Made by a program: the position numbers and the translations under genes
Notes under the pieces: model-generated
Database searches by the model: none
What the model was told of the DNA's origin: nothing
Seen by the model: only the letters and a program-made list of their open reading frames with translations
Assembly (NCBI GenBank): GCA_002342585.1
Contig: DDQG01000007.1
Location: 11,120-75,119 of the forward strand
Reading direction: 5' to 3'
Length of the DNA stretch: 64,000 nucleotides
From: Prevotellaceae bacterium UBA2448
GTDB lineage: Bacteria > Bacteroidota > Bacteroidia > Bacteroidales > Bacteroidaceae
In this document: piece after piece, positions 43,806 to 54,374 of the stretch
How positions within the stretch are numbered: position 1 is the stretch's first letter
How the letters are laid out: every line of letters begins with the position of its first letter

Positions 43806-45863
43806 TTGATAGATCAAATTACCATAGACCGAATAATTGATGCTGCAAATATAGTTGATGTAGTATCAGAATATGTTACCTTGCGCCGTGCAGGTGCAAA
43901 CTACAAAGGTCTGTGTCCATTTCACGACGATAAAACCCCATCGTTTCACGTATCTCCAGCCAAAGGTATCTGCAAGTGTTTTGCCTGTGGCGAAGGCGGT
44001 AATGCTGTTCACTTCATCATGAAGATAGAACAACTCAACTATTTCGATGCCTTGAAGTTCTTAGGAAAAAAATACGGCATTGAGGTAGAGGAGAAAGACA
44101 TCACACCAGAACAGCGTATTCAGTTGAATGAACGCGAGGCTATGTTCAACACCAACGAGTGGGCAAGTCAGTATTACCATAAGATTCTGAAAGAAAATCC
44201 TGACGGCATCGCCATCGGTATGGCATACTTTCGTTCACGAGGTTTCCGTGATGACATCATCGAAAAGTTCCGTCTTGGTTTTTCGCTAGACCAGTACGAA
44301 GCACTCTCCAAAACAGCACAGGCAGAAGGATACAATACCGACTACCTTATCAAAACTGGACTTTGTTTTCGCAGAGATAACGGTCAGATTACAGACCGCT
44401 ATCGTGGTCGAGTCATGTTCCCATGGTTCAACGTAAGTGGTAAGGTAGTAGCTTTTGGAGGACGCGTACTTGACTCACGCACTAAGGGAGTGAGTCAGAA
44501 ATACATCAACTCTCCTGAATCAGATATCTACAACAAAGGACGTGAGCTCTACGGTATATATCAGGCAAAGAAACAGATTGCCAAGGACGACCGTGTATAT
44601 ATGGTTGAAGGATATACCGATGTCATCTCCATGCACCAGTGTGGCATAGAGAATGTGGTAGCTAACTCCGGTACAGCACTTACAGAGGCTCAGATACGCC
44701 TACTCCACCGTTATACAAACAACATCACACTATTATACGACGGGGATGAGGCAGGCATCCATGCTGCTCTGCGTGGAACAGACATGTTGCTTGCAGAGGG
44801 TATGAACGTAAAAATACTCCTTCTGCCTGATGGAGATGATCCAGACAGTTTTGCACGAAAACACAATGCTACAGAATTCCGACAGTATGTAGAGCAACAC
44901 CAGACTGACTTTATCATCTTCAAGACGAACCTCCTGTTAAAAGACGCAGGTCGCGACCCACTCAAACGGGCACAGCTCACACAGAGCATCGTATATAGCA
45001 TTTCTGTGATTCCAGACGAAATTCTGCGAGCAGCCTATGTACATGAGTGTGCAGAATTGCTGCAGCAAAACGAAGCTCTTCTCTTACGCGAGATAGCCAA
45101 GAACAAACAGGCAGCACTCGAACAATTGAAGAAGCAGCAGATTATAGAATTGGATCGTCAGCGTCGCATTGAAGAAGGGAAAGTAGAGGGAGAAGAGAAA
45201 AACGAGGGGAATGAGGGGAATAATGAGAACGATAAGAATGATCGAAATGATACACGTTCTGATTCTGTCGAACCTACTGAACAGACCAATCAAGTAGAGA
45301 CATCTGCCCCTACGCAGTTGCAAACACAAGTGCCTAGTCGCTATCATGGGATAGAGCGTATGATTATGACTCTGATAGTGCGTTATGGAGAACAATCTAT
45401 TAACGTGGAGACTAACGATAATACCACGCAAAAAGAACCATTGGTGCAGTATGTCAGTACAGACTTAAAGAACGATGGCATTTCCTTGCGCACACCACTA
45501 TACGATAGAATGCTGAACGAAGTAGTACAACACATAAATGATGAAAAATTCGTTTGCAGTCGTTTCTTTTTGAACAATCCCGACATAGAAATAAGCCGTG
45601 AAGCAGCAAACCTGATGACAGAACGCTACCAACTGGCAAAAAACAACCAGATGACTGTAGATGAGAAGACAATGGTGCCGGAATACATCTCCCATCTGCT
45701 TCTCGACTATAAATTCATGGTTATCGACGACGAACTGAAAGAGTGCCAAAAGCGCATGAGCGATCCTCTACTCTGCACAGAAGCCATGAAACAATATATG
45801 GAACTGAGTGAGATTCGCCGCGAATTGGCACGAAGACTTGGTGACCGCATATTCATACAGTGA
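43806..45863 (+). CDS. dnaG: DNA primase
   Basis: 685 aa with a TTG start. It has the zinc ribbon CPFHDDKTPSFHV...CFAC and a TOPRIM domain (VEGYTDVIS, YDGDEAG). Confidence 0.9.
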   Translation: MIDQITIDRIIDAANIVDVVSEYVTLRRAGANYKGLCPFHDDKTPSFHVSPAKGICKCFACGEGGNAVHFIMKIEQLNYFDALKFLGKKYGIEVEEKDITPEQRIQLNEREAMFNTNEWASQYYHKILKENPDGIAIGMAYFRSRGFRDDIIEKFRLGFSLDQYEALSKTAQAEGYNTDYLIKTGLCFRRDNGQITDRYRGRVMFPWFNVSGKVVAFGGRVLDSRTKGVSQKYINSPESDIYNKGRELYGIYQAKKQIAKDDRVYMVEGYTDVISMHQCGIENVVANSGTALTEAQIRLLHRYTNNITLLYDGDEAGIHAALRGTDMLLAEGMNVKILLLPDGDDPDSFARKHNATEFRQYVEQHQTDFIIFKTNLLLKDAGRDPLKRAQLTQSIVYSISVIPDEILRAAYVHECAELLQQNEALLLREIAKNKQAALEQLKKQQIIELDRQRRIEEGKVEGEEKNEGNEGNNENDKNDRNDTRSDSVEPTEQTNQVETSAPTQLQTQVPSRYHGIERMIMTLIVRYGEQSINVETNDNTTQKEPLVQYVSTDLKNDGISLRTPLYDRMLNEVVQHINDEKFVCSRFFLNNPDIEISREAANLMTERYQLAKNNQMTVDEKTMVPEYISHLLLDYKFMVIDDELKECQKRMSDPLLCTEAMKQYMELSEIRRELARRLGDRIFIQ

Positions 45864-47977
45864 TGTTTAATCCCCAGACCGAAATAAAATACCTGACCGG
45901 CGTGGGTCCGCAGCGAGCCGAACTTCTGGAAAAGGAGATTGGTGTACACACCTTTGGCGATATGCTCACTTACTATCCCTACCGATATGTAGATCGTAGC
46001 AAGGTGTATCGCATAGCAGAAATCGATGGCAACATGCCATACGTTCAACTCGTAGGTCAGATTGTATCGATGGAACCCATTGGTGAAGGTAGAAGCCGCA
46101 GACTTGTAGGCAGGTTCTCTGACGGCACAGGATTTATTGACCTTGTATGGTTTCAGGGGTTAAAATTTGTAGGCAAAGCCTATAAAGTGCGTACCCGATA
46201 CCTGATTTTCGGAAAGCCAACTGTATTCAACGGCAAACTGCAAATTAACCACCCTGACATAGAGACCGTAGAGGAAAACGTTGACATACCGGAGATTCAG
46301 GGCAATACATTCCGACCACATTACCACACTACCGACCGCATGAAGAAAGGATTTCTTGCTTCAGCAGCAGTAGCAAAACTTATCGGGAACCTTTTCAAAC
46401 TCATCACAGAACCATTACCAGAAACACTTTCTCAATGGATTGTAGATGAATATCACCTCATGCCTTATGATGAGGCGATGCACAATATACACTTCCCCAC
46501 CTCAGCCGATTCCTTACGTCGAGCCCAGGCACGACTGAAGTTCGACGAACTCTTTTACATTCAGTTGGGCATATTGCGCTATGCCATGAATCGCAAGCAG
46601 AAACAAGGTGGACTAGTATTCCAAACCGTAGGAGCCAACTTCAACACTTTCTACCACGACCACCTGCCATTCTCACTAACCGAAGCACAAAAACGTGTAA
46701 TTCGAGAAATTCGACAGGATATGCGTGCCGGATTCCAAATGAACCGTCTTCTGCAAGGCGACGTAGGTTCAGGCAAAACACTTGTGGCTCTACTATGTTC
46801 ACTCATTGCCATTGACAACGGCTACCAAGTAGTCATCATGGCACCTACTGAAATTCTTGCCGAACAACATTTAGAAACAATACGAGGTCTGCTTAGCGGC
46901 ATGCCACAACTACGCATCGAACTGCTTACTGGTTCTGTAAAGGGTAAACGCAGGAAAGAGATATTGGATAGCCTTATTGAGGGCAAAGTACATATACTTA
47001 TAGGCACACATGCCGTCATCGAAGACAATGTGCAATTCCGTAATCTCGGTCTCGCAATCATCGACGAACAGCATCGTTTCGGAGTGGCACAAAGAGCAAA
47101 ACTCTGGGACAAAAGAACAGGCATGAAAACTCCGCCTCATGTACTAGTCATGACAGCCACACCGATTCCACGCACCCTTGCCATGACGCTCTATGGTGAC
47201 CTTGACGTATCAGTCATAGACCAACTGCCTCCAGGTCGTAAACCCATACACACCATCCACCAGTTCCTAAAACACATGGATCGCATCCACGAAGCAATGC
47301 GTACCGAACTGAAGAAAGGCAGACAAATTTACGTTGTATTCCCACTTATTGAAGACACAGAGAAGATGGACCTCGAAAATCTTGAAGAGGGTTATCAACA
47401 AATGCGTGAAGCATTTCCAGAATATAAAGTTAGTCGTGTACACGGAAAACTGAAATCAGCGGAGAAGGATGCAGAGATGAGTCGCTTTGCCAGCGGAGAA
47501 ACCCAAATACTCGTTGCAACTACCGTTATAGAAGTAGGCGTTAACGTACCCAATGCCTCCGTTATGATAATAATGAATGCGGAGCGTTTCGGACTCTCCC
47601 AACTCCATCAGCTTCGCGGGCGAGTAGGTCGTGGTGCAGAACAGTCCTACTGCGTACTCGTCACGAAATACGAACTCTCCGAAACAACCCGTAAACGCAT
47701 TCAAATAATGGTCGATAGTACCGATGGATTCGAGATTGCAGAGGCAGACCTGAAATTACGCGGTCCTGGCGACTTGGAAGGCACACAACAGTCCGGTATG
47801 GCTTTCGACTTGAAGATAGCCAACATAGCCCGCGACGGACAAATCCTTACCTATGCCCGAACAGCAGCTCAGCATCTGCTTGATACCGACCCGACTGAAT
47901 CACTACCCGAAAACCTTACGTGTTGGAAACACCTCTCGCAACTTCACAGTGACATCAATTGGGGAGCAATAAGTTAG
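45863..47977 (+). CDS. recG: ATP-dependent DNA helicase RecG
   Basis: About 704 aa. ATG 45863 overlaps the dnaG TGA by 1 nt (a GTG at 45860 is also possible). It has a wedge domain, Walker A GDVGSGKT, DEQH, and helicase C motifs. Confidence 0.9.
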   Translation: MFNPQTEIKYLTGVGPQRAELLEKEIGVHTFGDMLTYYPYRYVDRSKVYRIAEIDGNMPYVQLVGQIVSMEPIGEGRSRRLVGRFSDGTGFIDLVWFQGLKFVGKAYKVRTRYLIFGKPTVFNGKLQINHPDIETVEENVDIPEIQGNTFRPHYHTTDRMKKGFLASAAVAKLIGNLFKLITEPLPETLSQWIVDEYHLMPYDEAMHNIHFPTSADSLRRAQARLKFDELFYIQLGILRYAMNRKQKQGGLVFQTVGANFNTFYHDHLPFSLTEAQKRVIREIRQDMRAGFQMNRLLQGDVGSGKTLVALLCSLIAIDNGYQVVIMAPTEILAEQHLETIRGLLSGMPQLRIELLTGSVKGKRRKEILDSLIEGKVHILIGTHAVIEDNVQFRNLGLAIIDEQHRFGVAQRAKLWDKRTGMKTPPHVLVMTATPIPRTLAMTLYGDLDVSVIDQLPPGRKPIHTIHQFLKHMDRIHEAMRTELKKGRQIYVVFPLIEDTEKMDLENLEEGYQQMREAFPEYKVSRVHGKLKSAEKDAEMSRFASGETQILVATTVIEVGVNVPNASVMIIMNAERFGLSQLHQLRGRVGRGAEQSYCVLVTKYELSETTRKRIQIMVDSTDGFEIAEADLKLRGPGDLEGTQQSGMAFDLKIANIARDGQILTYARTAAQHLLDTDPTESLPENLTCWKHLSQLHSDINWGAIS

Positions 47978-48039
47978 GGGTAGTCACGTCACCTCGACGG
48001 AACTGCCCTTTCATTATAATTACTTATGATTTAAAACAA

Positions 48040-50307
48040 TTACTTTATCTGTTTCTTTACCACACTACTGCCATCAGCATTGATAATGCGTTCTATGTAA
48101 ATACCTGTTGTCGGTTCAGTACTAAGCCGCTGCCCCGAAGTACCAAAATACTGACGTTCGGCAACAACAGAATTCTGTGTTTCAAGAGTAGTGACACAAT
48201 CAGGAATATCATCTGCCACACCCCGGAACGACTCAATCCAGTCGGGCAAGTAATAGCTAATGTGAGGAGGTTGGTTATAACCAGTTTGCTGCCATGCAAT
48301 AGCCATACGGTAATTATGGTCATACATAAGACAAGGCACGCGGTAGCTGGTACCCTGAGTAGATGTAAAGAGTATGAGTTGCGACGGATCGCTGGCATTA
48401 TACCAGATTACTTCCTCTCGCCAGTCTCCAAGAATATCGGCCTGCAGACAAGGAGTTGCCTTTGTGCTGTTGCAAGACGATAGCGTGAATCCTCCAGCCT
48501 GAGCTATTTCTGCAAACTTCTTCATTGCTGTTTTCGATGTATATACTCCCATGTCTGCACGATCAATGCTCGTCTTGCTGGTGTTATATGTGCATTTCTG
48601 AATATTGGTACCATCGAGCAGTTCATCGAGAGCATCTCCGTCCCAGAAAATACGGAAATTCATCGATAGTTTCGTCGAACTCACAATCGACGTTTTGCTT
48701 TCATCTACAGCACGAGTATTATCAACTTTTGCCGACCAGAACTCATAACCACGGTTTTTATCAAGGATATTAGCTGCCAGACCGCGACCATTATCCTCAC
48801 TGCCGATTGACGACCAGATAACCTTTCCGGTCTCAGCCTCTATGAGATGGGCTCCATAAGGGCTTTCTTCATGTACCATGAATATCTCCATACCGGGACG
48901 GTCAGGGTCTAGGTCGCCCAAGTGTTCTGCATCACCATGTCCGAAACCGGTAGAATAGAGCATCCAACCATCATTGTCAACTGTAGCACTACCATAAATT
49001 ATCTCGTCGCACCCATCACCGTCTACATCTCCGATAGTCAGACTATGAGCTCCCTGTCCGTAAGCATTATATCGGGGATGAGAGTTAGTACCGCCTGTCT
49101 GCTTGGTATATGTCCTTGTAGTAGTAGTTCCATTGCCGTCTGTCAGTTGCACGGTATTATCTTCAAGTGAAGCATGAATCCACTTGGTACTCAGTTTTTC
49201 ACCATCGAAATTCACAGCCCACAGATAAGAGCGTGTGTACATTCCGCGACACATCACTGCAGAAGGATTCTTGTCTGGACCGTCAAGGAAAGCTACTCCA
49301 GCCAGATAGCGTTCACCACGATTACCGTACGAACCAGTATCGCTTTTGCTACTGCTCATATACCAGTTGAAAGTACCTTTTGCATCACTCAGTTCATATT
49401 TAGTATTGCGGTTTGGCATATAAGGAATAGTATGGATGGCAGCACCCGTTTCACCGTTAAACACAGTCAAGTACTCGTGTCCGCCGTTTATGCGACCACC
49501 ACTTACACGATAATCAGCTCCGTTGCTAACATTCTTTATAGCATCAAGAGTTGCAGCTTCACTAACGTATTGTCCCTTGCCGTCCCTCGAACCCGGAGCA
49601 GTCTTACAGATAAGTTCTGCCTTGCCGTCTCCATCAAAGTCATATACCAAGAACTGGTTATAGTGAGCTCCAGCGCGTATATTCTTGCCTAACTGGATAC
49701 GCCACAGACGTTCGCCTGTGAAAATCTTATAACAGTCGAAAATGATATACCCAGTATATCCGTTTTGTGAATTATCCTTCGCATTTGTCGGATACCACTT
49801 CACAATAAGTTCGTACTCGCCGTCACCATCCACATCACCTACCGAACAGTCGTTTGGGGTGTATGTATAATCATTAGCCTCGCTGCCTGTACCCGCCGTT
49901 CCTCCACTTGGTTGCTTAAGTTGAATAACATGATGAGTAGCGTCATTGAACAACTTTGGTTCAATAGTATCTATCGGTTCGCCGTTTTGCAGAGTAACCA
50001 GTTTCAGCACATCAGTTGGTTTAGCTAAAGTTGGGCGGTAACTAGTGGCATTACGCAGAGGAGCCGTATTAACAGGAACTTCATTTTTAAGAATGACAAA
50101 CGAGGTATGTTCATCGTCTGTAGCCTGCAAACGCCAGGAAAGGAATGCACTGACAGCACTCGTCTGAACACGAATGAAACCACGATCTAACTTCTCCTGC
50201 TGACTCAACGGAGTATCTGCCGGGCTTGGTTTTTCCCTACCTTCTGCCGGTATAGTGACACTGCACAAAACAAGGACACTCAGTAAGAATAAGTTTAGCT
50301 TTTTCAT
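48040..50307 (-). CDS. rhamnogalacturonan lyase-like (PL11) beta-propeller enzyme with a T9SS-type C-terminal tail
   Basis: 755 aa with a signal peptide. It has repeated Ca-binding FG-GAP-like motifs (GDVDGDGEYELIVKW, YDFDGDGKAELI, GDVDGDGCDEIIYG). The C-terminus is ...YFGTSGQRLSTEPTTGIYIERI...VVKKQIK. Confidence 0.65.
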   Translation of the reverse strand: MKKLNLFLLSVLVLCSVTIPAEGREKPSPADTPLSQQEKLDRGFIRVQTSAVSAFLSWRLQATDDEHTSFVILKNEVPVNTAPLRNATSYRPTLAKPTDVLKLVTLQNGEPIDTIEPKLFNDATHHVIQLKQPSGGTAGTGSEANDYTYTPNDCSVGDVDGDGEYELIVKWYPTNAKDNSQNGYTGYIIFDCYKIFTGERLWRIQLGKNIRAGAHYNQFLVYDFDGDGKAELICKTAPGSRDGKGQYVSEAATLDAIKNVSNGADYRVSGGRINGGHEYLTVFNGETGAAIHTIPYMPNRNTKYELSDAKGTFNWYMSSSKSDTGSYGNRGERYLAGVAFLDGPDKNPSAVMCRGMYTRSYLWAVNFDGEKLSTKWIHASLEDNTVQLTDGNGTTTTRTYTKQTGGTNSHPRYNAYGQGAHSLTIGDVDGDGCDEIIYGSATVDNDGWMLYSTGFGHGDAEHLGDLDPDRPGMEIFMVHEESPYGAHLIEAETGKVIWSSIGSEDNGRGLAANILDKNRGYEFWSAKVDNTRAVDESKTSIVSSTKLSMNFRIFWDGDALDELLDGTNIQKCTYNTSKTSIDRADMGVYTSKTAMKKFAEIAQAGGFTLSSCNSTKATPCLQADILGDWREEVIWYNASDPSQLILFTSTQGTSYRVPCLMYDHNYRMAIAWQQTGYNQPPHISYYLPDWIESFRGVADDIPDCVTTLETQNSVVAERQYFGTSGQRLSTEPTTGIYIERIINADGSSVVKKQIK

Positions 50308-50359
50308 AACACATTATTATAATTATTAAACTACTGGCGCAAAGGTAAAGATTTTTTTC

Positions 50360-50367
50360 TTATATTT
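50360..50367 (+). promoter_or_regulatory. putative -7 box (TAnnTTTG)
   Basis: TATATTTG (context ttatatttgcaacc) ends 12 nt before ATG 50379. This implies a near-leaderless mRNA. Confidence 0.4.
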
Positions 50368-50378
50368 GCAACCATATC

Positions 50379-51065
50379 ATGAATTATCTGAATCAGACTA
50401 TCCTCGAAGGTAACTGGCAACAGCTCACCAATTCACTGAACTCAATGAACAATATGGAGTTCCGTCGCACTGAGTCATATATCAGAGCCACCATCCTGCC
50501 AACATTACCCAACGACACATTTTGGGATGCCCTTTTCCATCTCATCGAATATAGGCATCAAGCTTTTCTCAGCGGCATCTGCGCCATAGAACACTTAGTA
50601 AGTGACGATAGTCTTGATTTCAGTTGCACAGGTGCTCGCGAACTGGCTCAGTTGCTACATGACAAGCATCCAGAAGCAGTGAACAAAGTTATAAACATAG
50701 CACTACCATTGCTTAAAACAGAAGAACAGGTCGATGCACTCCTGAACACTTTTGCACCAAATGACGAAAATGCCCGTATCGCAGCCTTACTAAAGGTCGA
50801 ATCACCACTGACATATTACAAATTATTCACCACCCTATGTCACATGCCCGAAGGGAAACAATTGGCTCTCCGATGCACTCAGTTCATCATGAAACACGGA
50901 AACGATATGGCATTCAATATGGCTGCAATCATGAAAGCATACTTCGGACTTGAAGAACTCCATGCTCGATTTTCACTCCACATCGAGCCCTATGAACTAT
51001 CGCAACTCGACAGTGGCAGCGATGCCTTCTACCACCTGTTGACAGGGCGTCGCCCGAAACTTTAA
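50379..51065 (+). CDS. hypothetical protein (228 aa, helical)
   Basis: A clean ORF with no overlap, sitting upstream of xseA. No family recognised. Confidence 0.55.
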   Translation: MNYLNQTILEGNWQQLTNSLNSMNNMEFRRTESYIRATILPTLPNDTFWDALFHLIEYRHQAFLSGICAIEHLVSDDSLDFSCTGARELAQLLHDKHPEAVNKVINIALPLLKTEEQVDALLNTFAPNDENARIAALLKVESPLTYYKLFTTLCHMPEGKQLALRCTQFIMKHGNDMAFNMAAIMKAYFGLEELHARFSLHIEPYELSQLDSGSDAFYHLLTGRRPKL

Positions 51066-51102
51066 GGGGTTTAATTACAACCATAACATCAGAACAAGAC
51101 TA

Positions 51103-52416
51103 ATGCCTACTGCTATCACTTTATATGAACTGAACAATATAGTTCGTGGAGTCCTTGAACACTCCATATCAGATACCTATTGGATTCAGGCCGAGCTAAG
51201 CGAAGTAAATGAACGGCATGGCCATTGTTTTTTGGAATTTATACAGAAAGGTGACACGAATGAAAGTCTCATTGCCAAAGCTCGCGGACAAATATGGGCA
51301 AGTCGATGGGCGTTACTCAGCCCCTACTTCAGTCATACTACAGGGCAACCCTTGCAAGCAGGAATGCAAGTGCTCGTAGAAGTAAGCATCACTTTCCACG
51401 AACTCTACGGCTACTCACTCAATGTAGTAGATATTGACCCTACATATACCCTTGGCGACATAGCCCGTAAACGCAGGGAAATACTGCAAACACTGCAAGA
51501 AGAAGGAGTTGATACGATGAACAAAGAACTCTCCCTTCCCCTGCTTCTCAACCGCATAGCAGTAATCTCCTCGCCCACCGCAGCAGGTTATGGCGACTTC
51601 TGCAACCAGTTGAAAGACAATACATACAAACTCGCATTCGACGTAAAACTCTTTCCTGCTATCATGCAAGGTGATGCAGTGGAAAGCAGCATCATAGCAG
51701 CACTCGAACAGATTGCCTCAGAAGAAGATCGATGGGATGCAGTAGTTATCATCAGAGGTGGAGGAGCTGCAGCTGACCTCTCTGGATTCGACACCCTCCG
51801 ACTGGCAGAAAACGTAGCACAATTTCCCCTTCCCATCATCACAGGCATCGGACACGACCGCGACGACACAGTCATCGACATGGTCTCACACACCAGAGTC
51901 AAGACCCCTACCGCAGCAGCAGAATTCCTCATTCAACACGGAGCCGAACAACTATTCATACTCGACGACTGCCAGTCAGAACTCAAATCGCAGCTGGACA
52001 AAATCCTTTCTACCGAGAAAATACGTCTGCAAATGATTACACAAAAACTGCCAGCACTCGTAGCATCATACCACAATAAGGAAAACATCATTCTGGAACG
52101 CATCAACTCGGCACTTAGCACCACCATCATCAGCAAGTTGACCGAAGAAAAAGGCAAAATGGAACTTTTCCTGCACCGTTTAGACTCCTCAGCCAGTCTG
52201 GCTATACATCAGAGACAAAACATCCTCGACAATCTCACCACTCGCATTGAGAGTTCCGACCCGAAACGAATCCTCAAACTCGGATTCAGCATAACCCGAG
52301 TAAACGGCAAAGCAATCACAACGGCGAAAAACCTCTCTACAGGAACCACCATAGAAACTACCCTTGCCGACGGAATAATACACTCAACCATAACAGACAA
52401 ACAACAACAATCATAA
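51103..52416 (+). CDS. xseA: exodeoxyribonuclease VII large subunit
   Basis: 437 aa. It has an N-terminal OB fold (...YWIQAELSEVNERHGHCFLEF...), IRGGGAAADL and TGIGHDRDDT. Confidence 0.9.
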   Translation: MPTAITLYELNNIVRGVLEHSISDTYWIQAELSEVNERHGHCFLEFIQKGDTNESLIAKARGQIWASRWALLSPYFSHTTGQPLQAGMQVLVEVSITFHELYGYSLNVVDIDPTYTLGDIARKRREILQTLQEEGVDTMNKELSLPLLLNRIAVISSPTAAGYGDFCNQLKDNTYKLAFDVKLFPAIMQGDAVESSIIAALEQIASEEDRWDAVVIIRGGGAAADLSGFDTLRLAENVAQFPLPIITGIGHDRDDTVIDMVSHTRVKTPTAAAEFLIQHGAEQLFILDDCQSELKSQLDKILSTEKIRLQMITQKLPALVASYHNKENIILERINSALSTTIISKLTEEKGKMELFLHRLDSSASLAIHQRQNILDNLTTRIESSDPKRILKLGFSITRVNGKAITTAKNLSTGTTIETTLADGIIHSTITDKQQQS

Positions 52417-52422
52417 CCAGAT

Positions 52423-52611
52423 ATGAAAAAAGAACTTAAATACGAAGATGCCGTAAAGCGCCTCAAAACCATCGTGGCAGAGATGGAAAACGGAGACACC
52501 GACATTGACAAACTAACCGACAACCTCAAAGAAGCAAAGGAACTGATCGCTTTTTGCAGAAACAAACTGCAAAAAGTAGAATCAGACATCAAAAATATTC
52601 TTGATGATTAA
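52423..52611 (+). CDS. xseB: exodeoxyribonuclease VII small subunit
   Basis: 62 aa, helical (YEDAVKRLKTIVAEMENG...). It lies 6 nt after xseA. Confidence 0.85.
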   Translation: MKKELKYEDAVKRLKTIVAEMENGDTDIDKLTDNLKEAKELIAFCRNKLQKVESDIKNILDD

Positions 52612-52683
52612 GTGGAATTGCAATAAAATGCAAAAAAAGTTTAATAATCAAGTAGATTACTTGGTCATTAGAACAAAAACCCT

Positions 52684-52691
52684 TACCTTTG
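52684..52691 (+). promoter_or_regulatory. putative -7 box (TAnnTTTG)
   Basis: TACCTTTG ends 56 nt before the ndk ATG. Confidence 0.4.
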
Positions 52692-52746
52692 CCGCGATTT
52701 GGCGTGTCATGCGCTCTGCATTAAACCCGTCGAAACTATAGACTAA

Positions 52747-53208
52747 ATGGAGAAAACTCTCGTAATACTCAAGCCTGGTGCCGTACAAAGAGCACTTGTA
52801 GGAGAAGTGACAGCACGCTTCGAACGTAAAGGATTGCGCCTTGCTGGAATGAAGATGATGCAGCTCACCGACGAATTGCTTAACGAGCACTATGCACACT
52901 TGGCTGGCAAACCATTCTTTCAGCGCATCAAAAACTCAATGATGGCATCGCCAGTAGTTTGTTGTTGTTACGAAGGTGTTGACGCAGTAGAAACCGTGCG
53001 CAGCATGACAGGTTCTACCAACTCACGCAAAGCAGCTCCTGGCACCATTCGTGGTGACTTTGGTATGTCATTCCAAGAAAACATCATACACACTTCAGAC
53101 TCGCCTGAAAACGCAATCATAGAGCTCAATCGATTCTTCCGTCCCGACGAAATATTCGATTACGTACCAGGAGTATTCCAGTACCTCTATGCCAATGATG
53201 AATATTAA
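52747..53208 (+). CDS. ndk: nucleoside-diphosphate kinase
   Basis: 153 aa with EKTLVILKPGAVQR, GTIRGDFG and NIIHTSDS (active-site His). Confidence 0.92.
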   Translation: MEKTLVILKPGAVQRALVGEVTARFERKGLRLAGMKMMQLTDELLNEHYAHLAGKPFFQRIKNSMMASPVVCCCYEGVDAVETVRSMTGSTNSRKAAPGTIRGDFGMSFQENIIHTSDSPENAIIELNRFFRPDEIFDYVPGVFQYLYANDEY

Positions 53209-53348
53209 GGTTGTCAACCCACAACCTGCCCTCGATTATCTTAAAAGAATCAGCCGAGCCACGATTGGTTCAGCACCCCAAATTACATGGAAAATAAGAT
53301 AGTATAAAGATAGTAATAAATTATAGAAAAGGAAGTAATTATATTAGT

Positions 53349-54284
53349 ATGAACGCACTTAAAACACTTGTATTAGCAGCTCTAAGTCTGACGAGTATGT
53401 CTATGTCTGCACAAGACCTCATAGCTCGCCAAGCCCCAGCTGACACAAAACTCAAGGATGTACAACTCATACAGTTTACTACATTCAGCACATCAAGAGC
53501 TGACCTGGAAAACCCGGCAGCTAACATATATTCCAACTGGACTCGTACCATTTCTGACGCACAGGGTGTAGTTCCGTCAAACTACCATGTTGACCTTCGC
53601 GGTTTCCACATGCCTACTCCAAGTCGTCAGATCAACTCTCCATATGGAAAGCGTTGGGGTCGTCTGCATGCAGGACTCGATATCAAGGTATATCTTGGCG
53701 ACACAATCCGTGCAGCATTCGATGGCAAGGTACGTATCGTAGATTATAACGCACGTGGATATGGTTACTATGTAGTGATTCGTCATCCAAACGGACTTGA
53801 AACACTCTACGGTCACCTCTCACGCCAGCTCGTAAGAGAAGACCAGATAGTTCGTGCTGGTGATGTCATCGGACTTGGTGGCAACACAGGTCGATCATTC
53901 GGTTCTCACCTTCACTTCGAGACTCGTCTGCTCGGACAACCAATCAACCCAGCCCTTATGTTCGACTTCGTTAATCAGGACGTAACAAACGACTACTATG
54001 TTGTAAAACGTTCTATGCAGAAGGGCAACACAAACGTACTGGCAAACCAGCAGAAACAGGAAAACATGATTGAGACCACAGCAAGTACACCAAGTTACAA
54101 TGTATTTGCATCTCAGCAAAACACTACTACAACCGAAGAACCAAAGACTCACACCGTTCAGCGTGGAGAAACAATCTACTCCATCGCCAAGCGTTACGGT
54201 ATTTCAGTAGATGAACTTCGTAAAATCAACGGACTTCGTCGTTACGCAGTTCTCCGCGTAGGTCAGGTTCTGAAATGTTCATAA
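53349..54284 (+). CDS. M23 family metallopeptidase with a C-terminal LysM domain
   Basis: 311 aa with a signal peptide. M23 motifs: HAGLDI and GSHLHFE. The LysM domain is HTVQRGETIYSIAKRYGISVDELRKINGL. Confidence 0.85.
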   Translation: MNALKTLVLAALSLTSMSMSAQDLIARQAPADTKLKDVQLIQFTTFSTSRADLENPAANIYSNWTRTISDAQGVVPSNYHVDLRGFHMPTPSRQINSPYGKRWGRLHAGLDIKVYLGDTIRAAFDGKVRIVDYNARGYGYYVVIRHPNGLETLYGHLSRQLVREDQIVRAGDVIGLGGNTGRSFGSHLHFETRLLGQPINPALMFDFVNQDVTNDYYVVKRSMQKGNTNVLANQQKQENMIETTASTPSYNVFASQQNTTTTEEPKTHTVQRGETIYSIAKRYGISVDELRKINGLRRYAVLRVGQVLKCS

Positions 54285-54312
54285 CCCACTAGAATACAGA
54301 TTCACAAATATA

Positions 54313-54347
54313 AAGAAGAGCTGACATTAGTTTGTCAGCTCTTCTTG
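54313..54347. terminator. bidirectional terminator hairpin between convergent genes
   Basis: The 14-bp perfect stem aagaagagctgaca / tgtcagctcttctt has a 7-nt loop. Confidence 0.7.
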
Positions 54348-54374
54348 TTGTTCAACACTTCTGTTGCGCCTGCA

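Noticed and set aside
53210-53227. ggttgt-caaccc-acaacc hairpin after ndk as a terminator.
   Set aside because: The stem is only 6 bp and no T-tract follows. That is too weak to call.
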